Shown here piece by piece: positions 1-10,507 of a DNA stretch of 64,000 bases. The translations under genes and the position numbers were made by a program. Positions within the stretch are counted from its first letter, which is position 1; the number at the start of each line of letters is the position of its first letter. Source of the stretch: Andalucia godoyi And28 (lineage: Eukaryota; Protista; Jakobida); contig VRVR01000050.1 of assembly GCA_009859145.1 (NCBI GenBank), positions 173,448 through 237,447 on the forward strand, read 5' to 3'. The notes under the pieces were generated by a model. That model was not told where the DNA came from and searched no databases. It saw nothing but the letters and a program-made list of their open reading frames with translations.

Positions 1-8
1 CAATCGGA

Positions 9-3000
9 GTGCGGCCTGCGAAGGATTCCACGGTTGTCTTCGACAGGTTATTTCACCTTTCTTCTATGAATTGCTTCCTTGTGCTCATTGTGGTGAGACT
101 GACGTTTCCTCGCGCATATCTTCCTGTCTTGCGCAATCCGAACAGTGTTGATGCGGTGCCAAACATTCCGTTATACATATCCTCTGGCAAATGGGTGCCT
201 CTTACTGAAGGCGAGCACAAGGTTTATGAGAAGGTGCTGGATTTGTCCGAGAACGATGTTTTGGAATCCATTCCTCTTTCGCAGCGGTTTGTCAGTTCGG
301 CCATTGGGTTCTTCTCGTCCCTCAACGACCTGCTTCCTCCAGGACTGTATTTATGTGCCATTGTCACCAAGATGTCAGACCTTGGCGAGCAATTGATCCT
401 TGTTCGCGAGGATAACCGGACGATTCCACCTGTACTGAACGTTTCTGATCCCATAGCTGTTCCTGTTTCTGCTGACGAGTTTGTTGAAAGCAACATCGGG
501 CTTCTCAAGCAGCTTCAGGAGCAAATCGGCGTTCGCAGTCTTGGCAAGATTTCCGACGCATTTTTTGTGGACGAATTGAATACTATTGCTATGTACGTTG
601 GTGTGCAAATGGTCAAGGAAGCCTTTTCCGCCCCACCCGGGTTCGTGTTCGTTCCACTCGCACATGTTGAATCGCTGTCCCTGTGTGCATTCTACCGACG
701 AACCTATGATGCGTGGCTGTCTGCATATGCAAATGCCAAGCGTGCATTATTTGATGCGGGTCCGACTCCGGATGCAGTGGATCTGATCATGCAGCAGAAA
801 GTGACGGACGGCTCTTCGCTGGGGAAGTTGGTCGACTTGGAAAAGAAGCTTTACATATTAAGATGGATGCATCATATGATTTTCCGGCATTTCCGTGCGA
901 ATGCGGTTTCCCATCAGAAGGAATTACTGGAGGCTCGAGAGGCCATGCTCGAGGACATCAAGTCGGACAAACTCTCATGGGATGCGATATCAAAGAAGAT
1001 TGACAGCTGGGAGAAGAAGCATGATTCCATGACGAAGACAATGACAGGAAAACAGCCGTTTTCTGGTACCGATATTGAGCGTGAAATTGCTATTCGTCAG
1101 GAGCAGCAGGAGCAGTTTGCGCGCGATGAGCTCGATGCGGAAGAAAGGGAACGCCAGCAAGTGGATTCCGTTCCTATCGTGCAGTCGTCCTCCATTTCTC
1201 TCAACGATTTCGGGCGTCGAGACAAGGCATACATTCCTACTCTCGCTGATGACTGCGAAACGACGGTTCTCGAGATTGTGGAAGCTGCGTTGGTAATTGT
1301 CATTGATGAGAAGGAGCTGATTAGTATCGAAAACTTGATCGATGACATGGTGTTTGAAGTTGAAAAGTCCTCTGCTATGAGTGCATCAGAATCCATTCTA
1401 AGCGCGTTGAACAGAACATCTCGCCCTGTCAGTCAAACCGCAGAAGAAAAACAGCGCTTGATTTCGGAGTTGTCCAGGTGTCCCCATGCAAGTTTCGCGA
1501 GCAATCCGCGTATCGTTTCGGAGTCTCGTTTGCTCTGTTCTTACAGGCCACACATTTCCAAATCGATCGATGAATTCGGGGGCTTGCTGGAGTATGCTGA
1601 GAAACTGTCGTCCTGGATCGATCGCACCTCTTCGCTGACAGGTGTCATTCATGATGTTCAGGAATTGGAGAGAATGATGGCACGCTACAAGAAGCGCTCC
1701 ACAACAGCGGTGATCCAGTCAAGCCGTGATCCCAACCCGATCAATGCACAGGCGGCCGCCAAATCGTTGACAAAGATGGTGGCAAGAGCCGTTTCCGCCC
1801 GACGATTCCGCGAGAGTTCTGACCGCATGAAGGATGTCGAGGCTGTCCGTCGCTATCAGTCTGCGATCCGACCATCTCATTCTTCTGCCAGTGCATTGCA
1901 GTTGCAGACGCAGACGCAGACGCAGACGCAAGCATCGACTGCTGGACTGAACCCTCGTTCTCCGGGTCCGCGAATGAATCCAAGTGTCCGCAGGGCCATT
2001 GCAACTCTGCAAGCGCGGCAGGCGTTGTACAACAATACTTCCAGCTCGAGTTCTTCTCGGGCCTCTTCTGGTACTGTCAGTCGGGCTTCCCCAGTTCAGT
2101 CTCCTCGTTCCTCTCGACAGGCTATTGATGGCGCGTCCGATCACACTCTGTACGATACGGCCAGTTCAGCACGTTCTCCCAACGTCTCAGTTGCATCCCC
2201 GCGAGATCGAAACTCTCCAGCCACGAGCTCCAGTGCGCAGAGTCCTCAGATGAGTCTTCCTTCATCGTTTTTGGAACTGGTCTCGGATGAGGTTCCTGCA
2301 GGCGCGCCTCTCAAGCAACGGTTTTTCGTGCCGATTTCCTCGGCAGTTGAACGATCGGATACGCTTCGCAGAATTCCCCAGCGTGCTGTTCGGACCGCAT
2401 TCTCAAAGCCGATTTCCATCTCTGCTCCTTTAGATGCCGTCAGTGTCATTGCGCAGTACCTTACGCATGGACATGTAGTATTCTCCGACACGGAATGGGC
2501 TGCCGCATTGACGCCTCGCTCACTGTACAGTCTTGTTGAGTGTGCATCCGAGCTGGGTCTTCCCCACCTGTATCTTGCCTGTCTGGGACACATGTTCGGT
2601 GACCAGGACTCGCAACTTTTAGAAGCACTTGCTTCCTCATTTTTGGTGACACATTCGATTGCGGATCTTGCACAGTGGGATATTGACATGGCGCACTCAC
2701 CATATAACCGATATGTGGACGCGCTGTGGTTTGTTCGCTTTTTGGAAGAGTTTTCTCCATTGTTTGCTGCAGAGGACTTGGAGTCCCTTCCGATTCGAGA
2801 TTTCCAGGACGGAGCTGGGATGTGGAAGCGAATTTATGCGGAAACGCGCATCAGCGTGCTTGCGCGTGCAGGAGGGAAGTCCGTGATTTCGGATCCAGAC
2901 GAGCTTTCGTTATGGATGTTGTTTTCCGATGTTGTCAGTTGTTTATTCCTCGCGAGGTCCGTCTACGTCGACGATGAAGTTGTTGGGTCAGTTGTCGACT

Positions 3001-3098
3001 GCTGTCCTCACCTTGACAAGATCGATGTGCGCCAGACGGCTCTCACAACGAGAGGCCTCGATTCGCTTCTCCAGCGTGTCCCCCGTGTCGTCATTTGA
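9..3098 (+). CDS. Large protein with an Ser-rich linker, a BTB/SKP1-like domain and a C-terminal LRR/F-box-like region; may be 5'-truncated
   Basis: 1029-codon ORF whose frame is open from the window start. C-terminal segment (DAVSVIAQYLTHG...LVECASELGLPHLYLAC) resembles BTB/POZ, followed by LRR-like VVDCCPHLDKIDVRQTALTTRGLDSL. Confidence 0.6.
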   Translation: MRPAKDSTVVFDRLFHLSSMNCFLVLIVVRLTFPRAYLPVLRNPNSVDAVPNIPLYISSGKWVPLTEGEHKVYEKVLDLSENDVLESIPLSQRFVSSAIGFFSSLNDLLPPGLYLCAIVTKMSDLGEQLILVREDNRTIPPVLNVSDPIAVPVSADEFVESNIGLLKQLQEQIGVRSLGKISDAFFVDELNTIAMYVGVQMVKEAFSAPPGFVFVPLAHVESLSLCAFYRRTYDAWLSAYANAKRALFDAGPTPDAVDLIMQQKVTDGSSLGKLVDLEKKLYILRWMHHMIFRHFRANAVSHQKELLEAREAMLEDIKSDKLSWDAISKKIDSWEKKHDSMTKTMTGKQPFSGTDIEREIAIRQEQQEQFARDELDAEERERQQVDSVPIVQSSSISLNDFGRRDKAYIPTLADDCETTVLEIVEAALVIVIDEKELISIENLIDDMVFEVEKSSAMSASESILSALNRTSRPVSQTAEEKQRLISELSRCPHASFASNPRIVSESRLLCSYRPHISKSIDEFGGLLEYAEKLSSWIDRTSSLTGVIHDVQELERMMARYKKRSTTAVIQSSRDPNPINAQAAAKSLTKMVARAVSARRFRESSDRMKDVEAVRRYQSAIRPSHSSASALQLQTQTQTQTQASTAGLNPRSPGPRMNPSVRRAIATLQARQALYNNTSSSSSSRASSGTVSRASPVQSPRSSRQAIDGASDHTLYDTASSARSPNVSVASPRDRNSPATSSSAQSPQMSLPSSFLELVSDEVPAGAPLKQRFFVPISSAVERSDTLRRIPQRAVRTAFSKPISISAPLDAVSVIAQYLTHGHVVFSDTEWAAALTPRSLYSLVECASELGLPHLYLACLGHMFGDQDSQLLEALASSFLVTHSIADLAQWDIDMAHSPYNRYVDALWFVRFLEEFSPLFAAEDLESLPIRDFQDGAGMWKRIYAETRISVLARAGGKSVISDPDELSLWMLFSDVVSCLFLARSVYVDDEVVGSVVDCCPHLDKIDVRQTALTTRGLDSLLQRVPRVVI

Positions 3099-3300
3099 AA
3101 ACGACGAGCACACGCACACACAAACTTGTTCTTTGGCGGACCAAGTTTGACGATGCGGAAATCCAACGGTGTCAAAGGGGGTTTTCTTGTGCAAACAGCT
3201 GCAGAACGCTGATACACACGCACCTGCTTCTGGACAAAGGGGTTTTTTAAAAAATAATAATAATAAAAAATAATAAAAAAATAACAATAATAACATCATT

Positions 3301-5685
3301 TTACTGCAGACCAACCGGTGCAGATACGGAAGCGGTGCGAAGCGAGATGGAATCGAGTGCGCATTGCGAGATGCAAAGCTCACAGTCGCAGAAAGTTCCA
3401 AACAAGTATACGTGGTCCGCTTGTCTCCTAGCCCAGTCCTCGTGAAGTCCGTGAACAGGAATTCGACCAATGCTGATGGGGCTTCCCTCTGCAATATCAG
3501 ATTCCGCGACAAGGACCGCAGTGTCTCCGAAACAAATGAGCCTGGCATTCGGAGCGCAGGCATGACGTGCGGCAGAAAGCGTCATGAAGAGTGCGTAGCT
3601 GGAAGATGAAGGATAGTCGTCGGAGGAATGTGTGATTGGAAGTGCCACGCTTGCTTGTACGGAAATTGAACAGACGGATGCAAGAGCGGACACCGTCGCA
3701 ACAGAGTAGTCCGAGCAATTCTGTGGAGCGAGACGCAGCTGGATCTGTTGCAAAGCTGCAGTAGACGGAAGAACGGATGGAGACTGAGACACAGGGGTGC
3801 GAGCGATCACCATTCTTGAACAGGAGGCCGCAAGAAGAAGCGAGACGGAGATTGCGACGAACGCCGCAAGCACAGGTTTGCACAAGCGCCCGTCCTCCAT
3901 ACACAACGCAGTCTCTTCCACCATTCGGCAGAAATCATCGTGTGGAATCCACAGCTTCATTACATTTTCTGAGACGTTTGAGGCAGCTTCTCCTTTCCCA
4001 AGGGAATGCAGCAGCTCTGTCTTCAATGCTTCGAAGTCTCGTGCGCGAACGAGCTGCAGGATTCTCTTCTTCACCTCCATTTCCAAAGCAGTCCCATGTA
4101 CTTTTTCATGAAGTTCACGGGCTCGGCGATTTGCAACGACTTCAAAAGGCTCCAAGTTTCGAGCTGCCGCCGTCCTGCTGGCATCGTGGACGGTCTGTGA
4201 CTTTCGGTCAGCAAGACGAAGGTGCCCTTCATGCTGCACCGAAGCGACCAGCACGGAGGCTTGCGAACGTGTATGTGCACCGGCTGTTGCCGCATGGTAG
4301 TCGACAGGCCTCACGATCACAGCTGCATGTTCCACGGCGATGATGTGCCCTCGCGGAATCCTTGTGACTGCAACAAGCCCACGCTGATCAGAAACGGAAA
4401 CGCGATGAAGGACGCTCGGAGTCAGCAGCACGCCAGAGAACGAGGAGGCGGAGAAACTTTCCTTGCTCACACGCAATCTCAAACTGGCCAAGAGGGGTTC
4501 AGCTGGATACTCCGACTCGCTCGATCGAATTCGCAAGGCTTCGACGACTTGATGGAACGAAGCCGCATTGCGATCTGACTGCGGTGCACTAGCATCGCCC
4601 GAAGCAGGGACCTCGAATCCAGCCACCGGCAACACGTCACGCAGAATGGCAGAGCGGAGGCTGTCGTCTCCAAGAGCAAGAGCCGCTGTGGAGAGCCTCA
4701 TAAACGACTTGATCGAAGCAGAATCGAGGGCAAACGCCTCGGATGCATCCGCATACGCAAGCCCAAAGCATCGGAGATTCAGAAAGCACTGTGCGCGGTT
4801 GGACAGCAGTACGCTGTAGTTGGTCCACAGCGTAGGCGGCAGTTCAGCCACAGAATCTGCGTGCGTCGAAAACGTCTTCACTGCATCGATGGCCAGCGAG
4901 TACCACATCGCAGCGTCTCTGTACAAACCACTCGCATACAGCGCCATGTACGCCCGAACATGCAAGACCAGCGCACTCAGAAACTGCACAGACATGGCCA
5001 GGCTCTCCGTCTTTCCAGTCTCCATCAGCGCAGCCAGCTGCTTTCCCATTGCTGCAGGAACAGGGAACAGTGTTGACGCAGCATCTTTCCACGACAATCC
5101 AAGATGCGCAATCCTCGGATCGTAGCGGTAAAACACAGGCTGCAAGCTCGCCGGGTTCGCAACCGCAAGCACCCGAACACCGGCCTCCAGCACCGCCGCG
5201 CAGTACGGGTTCTCAAGGCATGCACACGACGCCCCACTCGCCCCAACACGCACGCCATGCACTGCTGAGGAGCCAGAACCTGGCGGTGGGCCCCCGTGCT
5301 TGTGTCCGTGTGGCGACAAATCGGGGTCCTTCATGCATGCGACGGACGGAGGCACAAAGGGCAGTAGCATAATGCATACCGCGCCCGTATGGTCCATTAC
5401 GGCCTGGAGCAGCGCGTGAGCAGGAGTGTACCGCGGCGGCCCAACAGCCCTCAGCGCCACAAACCGACGCGCATGCACTGTGCCGCCATCCATCTCCCGC
5501 ACAGAAACGCTCGTCCACTCGCCCGCTTCCTCGGGGGCATCTCCAACGGCTGTAGTACACCGCATTCGGCAAGCCTCAAGCGGATCCTCCGAGAGCGGGA
5601 TCGGCGCGCCCGTCACGCCGTCGGACGAATAATGCGATACAAGCACATCCAGCACTCGCAGCACCGTTGCTATTGGGACAGCCAT
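3301..5685 (-). CDS. TPR + SET domain protein (SMYD-like) with degenerate catalytic motifs
   Basis: TPR (LLSNRAQCFLNLRCFGLAYADASEAFALD); SET-N (RGLVAVTRIPRGHII); SET-C (ALFMTLSAARHACAPNA...DIAEGSPISIG); post-SET FCDCELC. Confidence 0.8.
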   Translation of the reverse strand: MAVPIATVLRVLDVLVSHYSSDGVTGAPIPLSEDPLEACRMRCTTAVGDAPEEAGEWTSVSVREMDGGTVHARRFVALRAVGPPRYTPAHALLQAVMDHTGAVCIMLLPFVPPSVACMKDPDLSPHGHKHGGPPPGSGSSAVHGVRVGASGASCACLENPYCAAVLEAGVRVLAVANPASLQPVFYRYDPRIAHLGLSWKDAASTLFPVPAAMGKQLAALMETGKTESLAMSVQFLSALVLHVRAYMALYASGLYRDAAMWYSLAIDAVKTFSTHADSVAELPPTLWTNYSVLLSNRAQCFLNLRCFGLAYADASEAFALDSASIKSFMRLSTAALALGDDSLRSAILRDVLPVAGFEVPASGDASAPQSDRNAASFHQVVEALRIRSSESEYPAEPLLASLRLRVSKESFSASSFSGVLLTPSVLHRVSVSDQRGLVAVTRIPRGHIIAVEHAAVIVRPVDYHAATAGAHTRSQASVLVASVQHEGHLRLADRKSQTVHDASRTAAARNLEPFEVVANRRARELHEKVHGTALEMEVKKRILQLVRARDFEALKTELLHSLGKGEAASNVSENVMKLWIPHDDFCRMVEETALCMEDGRLCKPVLAAFVAISVSLLLAASCSRMVIARTPVSQSPSVLPSTAALQQIQLRLAPQNCSDYSVATVSALASVCSISVQASVALPITHSSDDYPSSSSYALFMTLSAARHACAPNARLICFGDTAVLVAESDIAEGSPISIGRIPVHGLHEDWARRQADHVYLFGTFCDCELCISQCALDSISLRTASVSAPVGLQ

Positions 5686-5795
5686 CGTTCAGCACCAGAA
5701 ATAAAAAAACCTGAAACGGAAAGCGGACGGATGGAAAGAAATCTATAAATCCAAAAAAAATCCAAAAAGCAATTAATCAAACAAATAAGCCAAAA

Positions 5796-5922
5796 AACGC
5801 ACGTAATGTGTGTCTGTTGGGCCCCCGTTCTCATTTTTTACCTACGACGGGTAAAAGTGAAAAAGACTTTTTTTTTTGACTGCCGACTACAGGAAGCGGG
5901 TTCCTACTTCGGGCAGTCGTGT
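5796..5922 (+). mobile_element. Possible highly decayed Fanzor/TnpB 3' end with omegaRNA-like hairpins (relic C4)
   Basis: Codons 5796-5822 read NARNVCLLG, compared with HGARNVAILG in relic C2. They are followed by hairpins TTTTACCT/GGGTAAAA (5836-5856) and GACTGCC...GGCAGTC (5878-5918). The CAGTGY-N11-GTAA end motif is absent. Confidence 0.35.
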
Positions 5923-6115
5923 CTCGGATTTCGAAAAGCAGTCTCCTGCAGCATCGCATCGCTGGGATTAAGAGTCTTTTCTTATGGTGATCTGGTGAAT
6001 TCGCAAACGTTTACGGACCAGGCTCTTCTTGGATGGTGTTCTTTTGTTTTTTGTTTTTTTGTTTTGTTTTTGATTTCGATTTCCCTCACACACGTTTGTA
6101 TCGGTTAATCGGGTA

Positions 6116-7342
6116 CTATGCAGTTTCGTCAAAGAGGGTTCTTCCGATGAGCATTCTTCTGATTTCCGACGTTCCGGCACCAATCTCGTAGAGTTTGGCA
6201 TCGCGGACGATTCGCTCAACTGGATAGTCTCTTGTGTATCCGTTCCCGCCCAATGCCTGTACCGCATGGAGGGCGACTTGGGTGGCGTTTTCCGCGGCAA
6301 ACAAGATTGCGGCAGCGCAGTCCTTTCTGATTTCAATTGACTTTCTGCCGGAGTCGCAGGCACGGGCAACCGAGTAGACCAGGGCTCGCGATGCAGCGGT
6401 CAGTGTGTACATGTCTGCGATCTTTCCTTGCATCAGCTGGAAGGTTCCGATTGACTTTCCAAACTGGACGCGGTCATGGACGTAAGGAAGCACAACGTCC
6501 AGGCAAGCCTGCATCAGTCCTACCGGTCCCGCCGAGAGCACACATCGCTCGTAATCAAGCCCGCTCATGAGGACCTTGACACCCTCGCCCTCTTTTCCAA
6601 TCACATTTTCCTTTGGAATCTTCACATCCTTCAGCACAAGCTCGCAAGTGTTAGAGCCCCGCATGCCCATCTTGTCCATCTTTTGCGCGGTGCTGAACCC
6701 CTCCATTCCCTTTTCGAGAATAAACGCAGTGATTCCCTTTGCGCCAGCCGCAACATCCGTCTTTGCATACAGCACAATCACATCCGCATCCGGTCCGTTG
6801 GTGCACCACATCTTGTTTCCGTTCACAGTGTAGTAGTCGCCCGACGAGTGCTTCTCGGCACGTGTCGCCATCGATACCACATCCGAGCCTGCATTGGGCT
6901 CCGACATCGACAGCGCACCAATCGCCTCACCCGAAATAAGCCGAGCAAGGTACTTTTCCTTTTGGGCATCCGACGCAGTCCGGCAGAGTCTGTCCACACA
7001 CAAGTTCGAGTGCGCACCATACGACAGCGCAATCGAGCCCGATGCACGCGACAGCTCTTCCATCACAATGCAGTGCTCAAGGACCCCAAGCCCCAGCCCG
7101 CCGTACTCAGCCGGTGCAGTCAGCCCTAGGAACCCCATCGCGCCAAGCTGTGGCCACAGCGCATTCGGAAACTCATTCGAGCGATCAACTTCCGCAGCAA
7201 TCGGCGCAATATTCGTCGCCGCAAACCGCTGCACCGCATCTCGAAGCGCCACTTGCTCAGTCGAAAGCCCAAAAAGATCCGTCACTGGACCACCAGCAGA
7301 CGACGAAAACAATCGCGAAATACGAGATGCTGCTCGGAACAT
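6116..7342 (-). CDS. IVD: Isovaleryl-CoA dehydrogenase, mitochondrial
   Basis: Acyl-CoA dehydrogenase motifs ([52 protein letters not shown]) and the IVD-type SYGAHSNLC. Presequence-like start [14 protein letters not shown] at ATG 7342. Confidence 0.95.
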   Translation of the reverse strand: MFRAASRISRLFSSSAGGPVTDLFGLSTEQVALRDAVQRFAATNIAPIAAEVDRSNEFPNALWPQLGAMGFLGLTAPAEYGGLGLGVLEHCIVMEELSRASGSIALSYGAHSNLCVDRLCRTASDAQKEKYLARLISGEAIGALSMSEPNAGSDVVSMATRAEKHSSGDYYTVNGNKMWCTNGPDADVIVLYAKTDVAAGAKGITAFILEKGMEGFSTAQKMDKMGMRGSNTCELVLKDVKIPKENVIGKEGEGVKVLMSGLDYERCVLSAGPVGLMQACLDVVLPYVHDRVQFGKSIGTFQLMQGKIADMYTLTAASRALVYSVARACDSGRKSIEIRKDCAAAILFAAENATQVALHAVQALGGNGYTRDYPVERIVRDAKLYEIGAGTSEIRRMLIGRTLFDETA

Positions 7343-7674
7343 TTTCTCTTCTTTCCCAAAACCACACTGCGCAGTCACCAGGCCAATTGTAAATAATAAT
7401 AATAATCACAATAAAACAATATAAGAAAAGAAAAGACAAGAACAGAACAGAAACAGAGAGACAGTAAACTCTGCATGTAGAATGGAAGAGTTACGAGTGT
7501 GCAAGAGGACTGCGAGCATGGAGTCAAGTGATGCTGCAGTGGTCAGCGCGCAGTGTCTATTTTGACATTTGTGATAATTAATGATTATAATCGTTTTGTG
7601 ACTTGTATAGTTCATGCTGTAGCTTGTGAGGAAGAAAATAAGAATTCATTGGACTTGTGAGCTTTTAGCCAAGA

Positions 7675-8001
7675 ATGACTCGAGTGATGGACGGAGAAAA
7701 GGTGCTTGTTGACAGTCGGATGTATTCGATGGCGCACGCGATTGCAAAGACCTTAGTCCATTCGTCGGCGGTCTTTGTGTCTTCCGCCGTGTCGTTTGGA
7801 CTTGTGTTTCCGGCTGTCTTGTCCATCATTAGGCTCTACGCTCGGTTTTCAGGGCCTATGCGCACGTCGCAGTGGGCGGCAACGAGTGCGAAGATGGCTG
7901 CAGCAGCCGGAATCGCCGGAATCGGGCTGTGGATTGCAATCGCCACTCTGTGGAACGTCCTCGATGCGCGACCTCATCGCATCGTCATTGTCCGATCCTG
8001 A
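7675..8001 (+). CDS. Small hypothetical membrane protein (2 TM)
   Basis: 108-aa ATG-initiated ORF with two hydrophobic helices, flanked by A/T-rich spacers. Confidence 0.5.
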   Translation: MTRVMDGEKVLVDSRMYSMAHAIAKTLVHSSAVFVSSAVSFGLVFPAVLSIIRLYARFSGPMRTSQWAATSAKMAAAAGIAGIGLWIAIATLWNVLDARPHRIVIVRS

Positions 8002-8078
8002 CCTCGCTTGGAATTACTCTTATCTATGATTACTCTTGCTTTCTGCTCTTCTTGATTTCGACACTAGATAGCGATGGA

Positions 8079-8738
8079 TTAGGAAAGGGGCGGATAGGAG
8101 CGTGCAAGCGTCTCGAGGACGGCTGTTGCATCCAGGATGTTGCGCACGCAAACGGCACCTCCCAGCGGCTCGGAGGGTGCATGGCCCTGGATGACACGGT
8201 GCACGCGGTTCATGAGCGTGCTGACCTGTGCTGGAAGCGCCTGGAACTTCGCGACGTGGCTTGCAAGTGCCTCGTACCGTGCATAGTGGAACCGCGCACT
8301 TGCATCGAGGAACGACAGCGTAAGAGAGTCCGCAGACTGCAGCGTCGTCGGCTTACCGCACACATCCACCGTCCGCCCAATGTGCAAGTCCTCTGCGCAC
8401 AGTGCATTTCCTTTCCTGTCATACACCACAACTAAGTCCAATGTTCATTAGAATTACAACAATTGTTATTCTTGTCAGCGCACTCCCTCTTTCGAAAACA
8501 ACAGTAATCCGACCCACCATATGTTTAAGATAAAACAAAACAAAAACAAAACAAAACAAAAAAACACGAAAAGTGACGTACTGTCGATAGGCACGGATGC
8601 GTGAGGGATTGTGACGGAAAAGACGCAGGTTGCGGGCGTAAACACGAGAACCATCTTTTGCCACTCACGATTCTCTTTCCATCTGGACTCGAAATGAAGC
8701 GTCGCGGGAACCTCGGGCGCCAACTTGATCAACACCAT
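8079..8738 (-). CDS. Single DM10-like domain protein, 2 exons (8738-8582, 8431-8079)
   Basis: Splicing joins PID|IVVYDRKG in frame. LHFESRW...DLHIGRTVDVCGKPTTLQSADSLT resembles the DM10 domain of axonemal proteins (EFHC/NME7 type). Confidence 0.6.
8432..8581 (-). other. Spliceosomal intron (150 nt)
   Basis: GTACGT donor, T-rich body, CTAAT branch-like site and TTAG acceptor; restores the reading frame. Confidence 0.75.
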
Positions 8739-8876
8739 CCTCAGCACCACCACCAGTCGTCGTAATGCAGTACTCGGTATTTCCAACGACTGGCCGGCCT
8801 TTCTACGAAAAGGGGCTTTTTGTTTTTGACTTTGTTTTGTATGCTCCTTATTATTTTACAGCTGCTTTTTTTCATG

Positions 8877-8990
8877 TTACGCCTGCATTATACACTGAAC
8901 ATGCAAATCTACGAATAGATATGCATATTCAGTCTTGCATCCCGTCGCCGGGAAGGGGATAGGCACCCAACACGCCTCATGGCATTCTTC
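8877..8990 (-). ncRNA. Putative omegaRNA scaffold of relic C1
   Basis: Hairpins ATGCC/GGCGT, CCCG-GCGA-CGGG (GNRA loop) and CTGAATATGCA-T-ATCTA-TTCG-TAGAT-T-TGCATGTTCAG (UUCG loop); clearly homologous to 57041-57168. Confidence 0.65.
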
Positions 8991-9100
8991 AGATAGATGT
9001 TCCGCGCTCCGTTCTCAATCTCGATCAATCGGTGAGCCACTTTCTCAGCGTGACGCGTTGTTCCTGAGAAGGGTGCATTTGGATGCTGACGGTCCTAGCA
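8877..9100 (-). mobile_element. Internally deleted Fanzor2/TnpB relic C1: N-terminal HTH fused to the RuvC-III end plus an omegaRNA-like region
   Basis: RTVSIQMHPSQEQRVTLRKW (9096-9037; HTH_OrfB_IS605-like) runs directly into ATT GAT CGA GAT [TGAG] AAC GGA GCG CGG AAC ATC TAT CTG AAG = IDRDxNGARNIYLK with a 1-nt insertion (9029-8987). Ends in CAGTGT-N11-GTAA (8897-8877). Confidence 0.8.
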
Positions 9101-9656
9101 GCAGGCGCTTTCGTGTCGTCAGTTGCAGCGATTGATGCACCTGGAGATACGAGATCGTGTCTTGGAAGTTCGCCTCTTGGCAGTGCGCTGAACGAATGAT
9201 AGATGGCTACGCGTAAGCACGAATTCCTGTGAAACAAACGTGCTAGTGTCGGCCAGTATTGACCGTGTGTCTGTTTATGTGTACTTCCATCCGTATGCAT
9301 GACAATGACGTGTCATTATTCATCGGTATAACCCTCCACCCCAAAGGTCTGGTGGACGGCTTTGAATATCATCGGATAGTATGGCTGAAGGTGTGCAGGT
9401 CGAGGCCCAATGAGACGCTGTCGAATATTGAGAGCCGCATTCCTGTAATCGATGATGGCGCTGATACGGATTGTAAACGTCACTTTTTTACGCCAATAAA
9501 AACCTGTGTCTGAGGCGCAGCATCCGAGCCAAATGCTTGGGAAAAGAGGCTTTTGGGTTGGAGGGTATTACCTAATAATGAACGGACTATCAGCCAGCAG
9601 CAGTACGGGAGTTTTATTATTGATTAATGTTTTTTATCGATGCTTGTGTTGGAAGT

Positions 9657-10151
9657 CTAGTTTGCGGATTCGTCGAGGTTTGGAATGTTTGCGAGTCGGA
9701 CTGTGAGATGGGAGGAAGGATGGTGCTTCGTTCCGAATTTTCCTCGAGCGTGGAACTGGACTCTCTTGATATACTCTCCCTTGGTGACGTACGCCTCGAC
9801 GATCTTCAGGTCCTTCTTCTCCTTGTCCGCGCTGGCTGCGGAACGCGAGCCAGCATTAGAGACTGCAGACTGGATTGCAAGCGCCAATGTCTTTGCATGG
9901 CGCTTCGGCGAGTGGTCTAGCTGCGCAAGAGCACTCGGGACAGACATCCCACGAACCATCCGCGCAAGCAAGTTCAGCTTCTTTGGAGATGTCTTCACTC
10001 CGCGGAACACGGCCTGCGACACATACCCAGCAACCCCAGCCCCAGCAGCAGCAGCAGAAGAGGCACCTGACAAGGCCGCTGATGCAGACGACGAGCTTAC
10101 ATTCGACAGCACCGACGATAGCACATCAGACGAGAACAATCGACGAAACAT
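9657..10151 (-). CDS. MRPL22: Mitochondrial ribosomal protein uL22m
   Basis: Bacterial-type L22 motifs (SPKKLNLLARMVRGMSV, AIQSAVSNA, RVQFHARGKFG...SSHLTVRL) with a Ser/Ala-rich presequence. Confidence 0.9.
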   Translation of the reverse strand: MFRRLFSSDVLSSVLSNVSSSSASAALSGASSAAAAGAGVAGYVSQAVFRGVKTSPKKLNLLARMVRGMSVPSALAQLDHSPKRHAKTLALAIQSAVSNAGSRSAASADKEKKDLKIVEAYVTKGEYIKRVQFHARGKFGTKHHPSSHLTVRLANIPNLDESAN

Positions 10152-10425
10152 TCCTCTTTTTCCCTTCTCCTTGTGACCACTATTGCAACCACACCCTCTT
10201 CCTGATTAACTAACTTTTAAAAAATAATAAAAATTAAAAAGCCATAATAAAATGGAAAAAACCAAATTAAATCATATTTATAAAAATCCACTAAACATAC
10301 ACAGAAAGTCCTTTTATTAAATGAGGAATCATTCGAGCACACGTTTGAGAGAGCGAGAGGAAAGCCTTGAGAAAAGAGAGGCAGATGGAGAACAATAGAA
10401 AATGTTTCCGAGTGTATTCATCGAA

Positions 10426-10498
10426 GCCCCTGTAGCTTAGGCGGTAGAGCGCAACACTAGTAATGTTGAGGTCGTCGGTTCGATTCCGACCGGGGGCA
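10426..10498 (+). tRNA. tRNA-Thr(AGT)
   Basis: Cloverleaf: acceptor stem GCCCCTG/CGGGGGC, anticodon arm CAACA-CT-AGT-AA-TGTTG, T arm GTCGG-TTCGATT-CCGAC, discriminator A. Confidence 0.95.
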
Positions 10499-10500
10499 AA

Positions 10501-10507
10501 TTTTTTT
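10501..10507 (+). terminator. Pol III oligo-dT terminator of the tRNA
   Basis: T7 run 3 nt downstream of the tRNA. Confidence 0.7.

Noticed and set aside
6476-7424. Many 60-290-aa ORFs overlapping real genes on the opposite strand or in other frames (throughout the window)
   Set aside because: Shadow ORFs expected at about 50% GC; none shows a recognisable motif.
9424-9441. NAALNI motif on the minus strand resembling a TnpB RuvC-III
   Set aside because: No preceding DRD or Zn finger, and it lies upstream of the HTH; the true RuvC-III remnant is at 9029-8987.
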